A stretch of DNA of 64,000 nt from Tubulanus polymorphus (taxonomy: Eukaryota > Animalia > Nemertea): contig NC_134028.1 of assembly GCF_964204645.1 (NCBI RefSeq), positions 248,001 through 312,000 of the forward strand. The letters run 5' to 3'. Shown piece by piece: positions 55,501 through 64,000 of this stretch (its first letter is position 1; every line of letters begins with the position of its first letter). The notes below the pieces were generated by a model that had not been told where the DNA came from, searched no databases, and saw only the letters and a list, made by a program, of their open reading frames with translations. A program made the translations under genes and the position numbers.

Positions 55501-58500
55501 TTCGAAATCAGTTCAGTTTACCTTAACCTATCATTTCAGATCGAGTCCATCATCTTCAGGAGCATAAATAGCCAGAAAATTCTTAATCTTTCCACCTATC
55601 TATTTGAAATCAGTTCAGTACACCCTAACCCATCAATTAAGATAGAACTCATCATCTTTAGGACCCTATTTTGAAAGAAAAATTTGTATCTTTCAGTCCA
55701 TCTACTCGAAATCAGTTCAGTCTACCTTAACCTATCATTTCAGATCGAGTCCATCATCTTCAGGAGCATAAATAACCAGAAAATTCTTAATCTTTCCACC
55801 TATCTATTTGAAATCAGTTCAATACGCCTTAGCCCATCTTTTCAGATTCAGTCCATCATCTTCAGAACCAAAGGCAGCCAGAAAATTCTTAATCTTTCCA
55901 CCTATCTGTTTGAAATCAGTTCAGTTCACCCTAACCCATCAATTTAGATAGAATTCATCATCTTTAGGACCCTATTTTGCAAGAAAAACCTGTATCTTTC
56001 AGTCCATCTGCTCGAAATCAGTTCAGTTTACCTTAACCTATCATTTCAGATCGAGTCCATCATCTTCAGGAGCATAAATAGCCAGAAAATTCTTAATCTT
56101 TCCACCTATCTATTTGAAATCAGTTCAATACGCCTTAACACATCTTTACAGATTGAATCCATCATCTTCAGAACCAAAAGCAGCCAGAAAATTCTGATTC
56201 TTTACACCTATCTATTTGAAATCAGTTCAGTACACCCTAACCCATCAATTAAGATAGAACTCATCATCTTTAGGACCCTATTTTGCAAGAAAAATCTGTA
56301 TCTTTCAGTCCATCTGCTCGAAATCAGTTCAGTTTACCTTAACCTATCATTTCAGATCGAGTCCATCATCTTCAGGAGCATAAATAGCCAGAAAATTCTT
56401 AATCTTTCCACCTATCTATTTGAAATCAGTTCAATACGCCTTAACACATCTTTTCAGATTGAATCCATCATCTTCAGAACCAAAAGCTGCCAGAAAATTC
56501 TTAATCTTTCAACCTATCTATTTGAAATCAGTTCAGTACACCCTAACCCATCAATTAAGATAGAATTCATCATCTTTAGGACCCTATTTTGCAAGAAAAA
56601 TCTGTATCTTTCAGTCCATCTACTCGAAATCAGTTCAGTTTACCTTAACCTATCATTTCAGATCGAGTCCATCATCTTCAGGAGCATAAATAGCCAGAAA
56701 ATTCTTAATCTTTCCACCTATCTATTTGAAATCAGTTCAATACGCCTTAGCCCATCTTTTCAGATTCAGTCCATCATCTTCAGAACCAAAGGCAGCCAGA
56801 AAATTCTGATTCTTTCCAACTATCTATTTGAAATCAGTTCAGTTCACCCTAACCCATCAATTAAGATAGAATTCATCATCTTTAGGACCCTATTTTGCAA
56901 GAAAAATCTGTATCTTTCAGTCCATCTACTCGAAATCAGTTCAGTTTACCTTAACCTATCATTTCAGATCGAGTCCATCATCTTCAGGAGCATAAATAGC
57001 CAGAAAATTCTTAATCTTTCCACCTATCTATTTGAAATAAGTTCAATACGCCTTAGCCCATCTTTTCAGATTGAGTCCATCATCTTCAGAACCAAAGGCA
57101 GCCAGAAAATTCTGATTCTTTCCACCTATCTATTTGAAATCAGTTCAGTTCACCCTAACTCATCAATTAAGATAGAATTCATTATCTTTAGGACCCTATT
57201 TTGCAAGAAAAATCTGTGTCTTTCAGTCCATCTAATCGAAATCAGTTCAGTTTACCTTAACCTATCATTTCAGATCGAGTCCATCATCTTCAGGAGCATA
57301 AATAGCCAGAAAATTCTTAATCTTTCCACCTATCTATTTGAAATCAGTTCAATACGCCTTAACCCATCTTTTCAGATTGAGTCCATCATCTTCAGAACCA
57401 AAGGCAGCTAGAAAATTCTGATTCTTTCAACCTATCTATTTGAAATCAGTTCAGTACACCCTAACCCATCAATTAAGATAGAATTCATCATCTTTAGGAC
57501 CCTATTTTGCAAGCAAAATCTGTATCTTTCAGTCCATCTATTCGAAATCAGTTCAGTTTACCTTAACCTATCATTTCAGATCGAGTCCATCATCTTCAGG
57601 AGCATAAATAGCCAGAAAATTCTTAATCTTTCCACCTATCTATTTGAAATCAGTTCAGTACACCCTAACCCATCAATTAAGATAGAACTCATCATCTTTA
57701 GGACCCTATTTTGAAAGAAAAATTTGTATCTTTCAGTCCATCTACTCGAAATCAGTTCAGTCTACCTTAACCTATCATTTCAGATCGAGTCCATCATCTT
57801 CAGGAGCATAAATAACCAGAAAATTCTTAATCTTTCCACCTATCTATTTGAAATCAGTTCAATACGCCTTAGCCCATCTTTTCAGATTCAGTCCATCATC
57901 TTCAGAACCAAAGGCAGCCAGAAAATTCTTAATCTTTCCACCTATCTGTTTGAAATCAGTTCAGTTCACCCTAACCCATCAATTTAGATAGAATTCATCA
58001 TCTTTAGGACCCTATTTTGCAAGAAAAACCTGTATCTTTCAGTCCATCTGCTCGAAATCAGTTCAGTTTACCTTAACCTATCATTTCAGATCGAGTCCAT
58101 CATCTTCAGGAGCATAAATAGCCAGAAAATTCTTAATCTTTCCACCTATCTATTTGAAATCAGTTCAATACGCCTTAGCCCATCTTTTCAGATTCAGTCC
58201 ATCATCTTCAGAACCAAAGGCAGCCAGAAAATTCTGATTCTTTCAACCTATCTATTTGAAATCAGTTCAGTTCACCCTAACCCATCAATTAAGATAGAAT
58301 TCATCATCTTTAGGACCCTATTTTGCAAGAAAAATCTGTATCTTTCAGTCCATCTACTCGAAATCAGTTCAGTTTACCTTAACCTATCATTTCAGATCGA
58401 GTCCATCATCTTCAGGAGCATAAATAGCCAGAAAATTCTTAATCTTTCCACCTATCTATTTGAAATAAGTTCAATACGCCTTAGCCCATCTTTTCAGATT

Positions 58501-58665
58501 GAGTCCATCATCTTCAGAACCAAAGGCAGCCAGAAAATTCTGATTCTTTCCACCTATCTATTTGAAATCAGTTCAGTTCACCCTAACCCATCAATTAAGA
58601 TAGAATTCATCATCTTTAGGACCCTATTTTGCAAGAAAAATCTGTATCTTTCAGTCCATCTACTC

Positions 58666-59481
58666 GAAATCACTTCAGTTTACCTTAACCTATCATTTCA
58701 GATCGAGTCCATCATCTTCAGGAGCATAAATAGCCAGAAAATTCTTAATCTTTCCACCTATCCATTTGAAATCAGTTCAGTACACCCTAACCCATCAATT
58801 AAGTTAGAATTCATCATCTTTAGGACCCTATTTTGCAAGAAAAATCTGTATCTTTCAGTCCATCTACTCGAAATCAGTTCAGTTTACCTTAACCTATCAT
58901 TTCAGATCGAGTCCATCATCTTCAGGAGCATAAATAGCCAGAAAATTCTTAATCTTTCCACCTATCTATTTGAAATCAGTTCAGTACACCCTAACCCATC
59001 AATTAAGATAGAATTTATCATCTTTAGGACCCTATTTTGCAAGAAAAATCTGTATCTTTCAGTCCATCTACTCGAAATCAGTTCAGTTTACCTTAACCTA
59101 TCATTTCAGATCGAGTCCATCATCTTCAGGGGCATAAATAACCAGAAAATTCTTAATCTTTCCACCTATCTATTTGAAATCAGTTCAGTACACCCTAACC
59201 CATCAATTAAGATAGAATTCATCATCTTTAGGACCCTATTTTGCAAGAAAAATCTGTATCTTTCAGTCCATCTACTCGAAATCAGTTCAGTTTTCCTTAC
59301 CCTATCATTTCAGATCGAGTCCATCATCTTTAGGAGCATAAATAGCCAGAAAATTCTTAATCTTTCCACCTATCTATTTGAAATCAGTTCAGTACACCCT
59401 AACCCATCAATTAAGATAGAATTCATCATATTTAGGACCCTATTTTGCAAGAAAAATTTGTATCTTTCAGTCCATCTACTC
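58666..59481. repeat. Run of four consecutive A-C dimers
   Basis: A at 58666, 58870, 59074 and 59278 are each followed directly by C, with no B monomer until 59584. Confidence 0.9.
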
Positions 59482-59889
59482 GAAATCAGTTCAGTTTACC
59501 TTAACCTATCATTTCAGATCGAGTCCATCATCTTCAGGAGCATAAATAGCCAGAAAATTCTTAATCTTTCCACCTATCTATTTGAAATCAGTTCAATACG
59601 CCTTAGCCCATCTTTTCAGATTGAGTCCATCATCTTCAGAACCAAAGGCAGCCAGAAAATTCTGATTCTTTCCACCTATCTATTTGAAATCAGTTCAGTT
59701 CACCCTAACCCATCAATTAAGATAGAATTTATCATCTTTAGGACCCTATTTTGCAAGAAAAATCTGTATCTTTCAGTCCATCTACTCGAAATCAGTTCAG
59801 TTTACCTTAACCTATCATTTCAGATCGAGTCCATCATCTTCAGGAGCATAAATAGCCAGAAAATTCTTAATCTTTCCACCTATCCATTT

Positions 59890-60020
59890 GAAATCAGTTC
59901 AATACGCCTTAACCCATCTTTTCAGATTGAATCAATCAACTTCAGAAGTATAAGCAGTCAGAAATTTCTGAATCTTTCAACCAATCTATTGAAAATCAGT
60001 TCAGTACACCCTAACCCAAC
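59890..60020. repeat. Divergent B-like monomer ('D') plus altered start of the next C, copy 1
   Basis: ...GAATCAATCAACTTCAGAAGTATAAGCAGTCAGAAATTTCTGAATCTTTCAACCAATCTATTGAAAATCAGTTCAGTACACCCTAACCCAACAGTTAAG; about 12-13 substitutions clustered in about 90 bp. Confidence 0.93.
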
Positions 60021-61011
60021 AGTTAAGATAGAATTCATCATCTTTAGGACCCTATTTTGCAAGAAAAATCTGTATCTTTCAGTCCATCTGCTCGAAATCA
60101 GTTCAGTTTACCTTAACCTATCATTTCAGATCGAGTCCATCATCTTCAGGAGCATAAATAGCCAGAAAATTCTTAATCTTTCCACCTATCTATTTGAAAT
60201 CAGTTCAATACGCCTTAACACATCTTTTCAGATTGAATCCATCATCTTCAGAACCAAAAGCTGCCAGAAAATTCTTAATCTTTCAACCTATGTATTTGAA
60301 ATCAGTTCAGTACACCCTAACCCATCAATTAAGATAGAATTCATCATCTTTAGGACCCTATTTTGCAAGAAAAATCTGTATCTTTCAGTCCATCTACTCG
60401 AAATCAGTTCAGTCTACCTTAACCTATCATTTCAGATCGAGTCCATCATCTTCAGGAGCATAAATAGCCAGAAAATTCTTAATCTTTCCACCTATCTATT
60501 TGAAATCAGTTCAGTACACCCTAACCCATCAATTAAGATAGAATTCATCATATTTAGGACCCTATTTTGCAAGAAAAATTTGTATCTTTCAGTCCATCTA
60601 CTCGAAATCAGTTCAGTTTACCTTAACCTATCATTTCAGATCGAGTCCATCATCTTCAGGAGCATAAATAGCCAGAAAATTCTTAATCTTTCCACCTATC
60701 TATTTGAAATCAGTTCAATACGCCTTAGCCCATCTTTTCAGATTGAGTCCATCATCTTCAGAACCAAAGGCAGCCAGAAAATTCTGATTCTTTCCACCTA
60801 TCTATTTGAAATCAGTTCAGTTCACCCTAACCCATCAATTAAGATAGAATTTATCATCTTTAGGACCCTATTTTGCAAGAAAAATCTGTATCTTTCAGTC
60901 CATCTACTCGAAATCAGTTCAGTTTACCTTAACCTATCATTTCAGATCGAGTCCATCATCTTCAGGAGCATAAATAGCCAGAAAATTCTTAATCTTTCCA
61001 CCTATCCATTT

Positions 61012-61145
61012 GAAATCAGTTCAATACGCCTTAACCCATCTTTTCAGATTGAATCAATCAACTTCAGAAGTATAAGCAGTCAGAAATTTCTGAATCTTTC
61101 AACCAATCTATTGAAAATCAGTTCAGTAGACCCTAACCCAACAGT
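61012..61145. repeat. Divergent B-like monomer ('D'), copy 2, 1122 bp (11 monomers) downstream of copy 1
   Basis: Same cluster of substitutions as at 59890, plus GTAGAC for GTACAC in the following C. Confidence 0.93.
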
Positions 61146-64000
61146 TAAGATAGAATTCATCATCTTTAGGACCCTATTTTGCAAGAAAAATCTGTATCTT
61201 TCAGTCCATCTGCTCGAAATCAGTTCAGTTTACCTTAACCTATCATTTCAGATCGAGTCCATCATCTTCAGGAGCATAAATAGCCAGAAAATTCTTAATC
61301 TTTCCACCTATCTATTTGAAATCAGTTCAATACGCCTTAACACATCTTTTCAGATTGAATCCATCATCTTCAGAACCAAAAGCTGCCAGAAAATTCTTAA
61401 TCTTTCAACCTATCTATTTGAAATCAGTTCAGTACACCCTAACCCATCAATTAAGATAGAATTCATCATCTTTAGGACCCTATTTTGCAAGAAAAATCTG
61501 TATCTTTCAGTCCATCTACTCGAAATCAGTTCAGTTTACCTTAACCTATCATTTCAGATCGAGTCCATCATCTTCAGGAGCATAAATAGCCAGAAAATTC
61601 TTAATCTTTCCACCTATCTATTTGAAATCAGTTCAATACGCCTTAGCCCATCTTTTCAGATTCAGTCCATCATCTTCAGAACCAAAGGCAGCCAGAAAAT
61701 TCTGATTCTTTCCAACTATCTATTTGAAATCAGTTCAGTTCACCCTACCCCATCAATTAAGGTAGAATTCATCATCTTTAGGACCCTATTTTGCAAGAAA
61801 AATCTGTATCTTTCAGTCCATCTACTCGAAATCAGTTCAGTTTACCTTAACCTATCATTTCAGATCGAGTCCATCATCTTCAGGAGCATAAATAGCCAGA
61901 TAATTCTGAATCTTTCCACCTATCTATTTGAAATCAGTTCAATACGCCTTAGCCCATCTTTTCAGATTGAGTCCATCATCTTCAGAACCAAAGGCAGCCA
62001 GAAAATGCTGATTCTTTCCACCTATCTATTTGAAATCAGTTCAGTTCACCCTAACCCATCAATTAAGATAGAATTCATCATCTTTAGGACCCTATTTTGC
62101 AAGAAAAATCTGTATCTTTCAGTCCATCTACTCGAAATCAGTTCAGTTTACCTTAACCTATCATTTCAGATCGAGTCCATCATCTTCAGGAGCATAAATA
62201 GCCAGAAAATTCTTAATCTTTCCACCTATCTATTTGAAATCAGTTCAATACGCCTTAGCCCATCTTTTCAGATTGAGTCCATCATCTTCAGAACCAAAGG
62301 CAGCCAGAAAATTCTGATTCTTTCCACCTATCTATTTGAAATCAGTTCAGTTCACCCTAACCCATCAATTAAGATAGAATTCATCATCTTTAGGACCCTA
62401 TTTTGCAAGCAAAATCTGTATCTTTCAGTCCATCTATTCGAAATCAGTTCAGTTTACCTTAACCTATCATTTCAGATCGAGTCCATCATCTTCAGGAGCA
62501 TAAATAGCCAGAAAATTCTTAATCTTTCCACCTATCTATTTGAAATCAGTTCAGTACACCCTAACCCATCAATTAAGATAGAACTCATCATCTATAGGAC
62601 CCTATTTTGCAAGAAAAATCTGTATCTTTCAGTCCATCTACTCGAAATCAGTTCAGTCTACCTTAACCTATCATTTCAGATCGAGTCCATCATCTTCAGG
62701 AGCATAAATAGCCAGAAAATTCTTAATCTTTCCACCTATCTATTTGAAATCAGTTCAATACGCCTTAACACATCTTTTCAGATTGAATCCATCATCTTCA
62801 GAACCAAAAGCAGCCAGAAAATTCTGATTCTTGCCACCTATCTATTTGAAATCAGTTCAGTACACCCTAACCCATCAATTAAGATAGAACTCATCAACTT
62901 TAGGACCCTATTTTGCAAGAAAAATCTGTATCTTTCAGTCCATCTACTCGAAATCAGTTCAGTCTACCTTAACCTATCATTTCAGATCGAGTCCATCATC
63001 TTCAGGAGCATAAATAGCCAGAAAATTCTTAATCTTTCCACCTATCTATTTGAAATCAGTTCAATACGCCTTAACCCATCTTTTCAGATTGAATCCATCA
63101 TCTTCAGAACCAAAAGCAGCCAGAAAATTCTGATTCTTTCCACCTATCTATTTGAAATCAGTTCAGTACACCCTAACCCATCAATTAAGATAGAATTCAT
63201 CATCTTTAGGACCCTATTTTGCAAGAAAAATTTGTATCTTTCAGTCCATCTACTCGAAATCAGTTCAGTTTACCTTAACCTATCATTTCAGATCGAGTCC
63301 ATCATCTTCAGGAGCATAAATAGCCAGAAAATTCTAAATCTTTCCACCTATCTATTTGAAATCAGTTCAGTACACCCTAACCCATCAATTAAGATAGAAC
63401 TCATCATCTTTAGGACCCTATTTTGCAAGAAAAATCTGTATCTTTCAGTCCATCTACTCGAAATCAGTTCAGTCTACCTTAACCTATCATTTCAGATCGA
63501 GTCCATCATCTTCAGGAGCATAAATAGCCAGAAAATTCTTAATCTTTCCACCTATCTATTTGAAATCAGTTCAATACGCCTTAACACATCTTTTCAGATT
63601 GAATCCATCATCTTCAGAACCAAAAGCAGCCAGAAAATTCTGATTCTTTCAACCTATCTATTTGAAATCAGTTCAGTACACCCTAACCCATCAATTAAGA
63701 TAGAATTTATCATCTTTAGGACCCTATTTTGCAAGAAAAATCTGTATCTTTCAGTCCATCTACTCGAAATCAGTTCAGTTTACCTTAACCTATCATTTCA
63801 GATCGAGTCCATCATCTTCAGGGGCATAAATAACCAGAAAATTCTTAATCTTTCCACCTATCTATTTGAAATCAGTTCAGTACACCCTAACCCATCAATT
63901 AAGATAGAATTCATCATCTTTAGGACCCTATTTTGCAACAAAAATCTGTATCTTTCAGTCCATCTACTCGAAATCAGTTCAGTTTTCCTTACCCTATCAT

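Larger units (their letters stand above)
1..64000. repeat. Tandem satellite array: 102-bp monomers (types A, B, C) organised as a 306-bp HOR with interspersed 204-bp A-C dimers; runs off both window ends
   Basis: GAAATCAGTTCA recurs every 102 bp: 15, 117, 219, 321 ... 34899 (=15+342x102), then 35002 ... 63970 (=16+627x102). The same three monomer types recur throughout in one orientation. Confidence 0.99.

Noticed and set aside
31713-57987. The 14 listed ORFs (87-997 aa) as protein-coding genes
   Set aside because: All are the same repeat frame. Starts are a CTG>TTG variant and ends are sporadic nonsense variants or the 34917 frameshift. There is no unique N- or C-terminus and no synonymous bias between monomer types.
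1-64000. CRISPR-like array with GAAATCAGTTCA as the repeat
   Set aside because: The constant part is only 12 bp, the intervening 90 bp are homologous and repeated rather than unique spacers, and there are no cas genes or leader.
1-64000. rDNA, 5S, tRNA, snRNA or histone tandem gene array, or embedded transposon
   Set aside because: No recognisable RNA-gene motifs, terminal repeats or non-satellite sequence; the 102-bp register is continuous.
1-64000. Wholesale assembly or synthetic artefact
   Set aside because: Hierarchically shared variants, chimeric monomers and domain structure fit natural satellite evolution, although individual block copy numbers still need read support.

Overview
The whole 64 kb window is one head-to-tail, single-orientation tandem satellite array with no flanking unique sequence. 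No gene, RNA gene, transposon or CRISPR array is supportable. The basic monomer is 102 bp (about 627 copies; monomer A is 34% GC, and the + strand is C-rich and G-poor). It occurs as three diverged types, A, B and C (hand-counted identity A/B 84%, A/C 76%, B/C 72%). These form a 306-bp A-B-C higher-order repeat (HOR) interspersed with 204-bp A-C dimers. Shared private SNPs reveal larger tandem duplications (1122, 1836, 2040, 4080+1, 4692 and 6018 bp; all multiples of 102 apart from the single insertion) and a switch of variant subfamily near 31.5 kb. The monomer itself appears to derive from three degenerate 34-bp subunits, giving a nested 34 > 102 > 306 > kb hierarchy. The 102-bp register holds across the window except for one +1 insertion at 34917. 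The ORF track is one stop-free + frame of the repeat and is most likely non-coding. The architecture resembles eukaryotic centromeric or heterochromatic satellite, but organism and function cannot be determined from this sequence. I found no convincing new gene system; the interest lies in repeat architecture and evolution.
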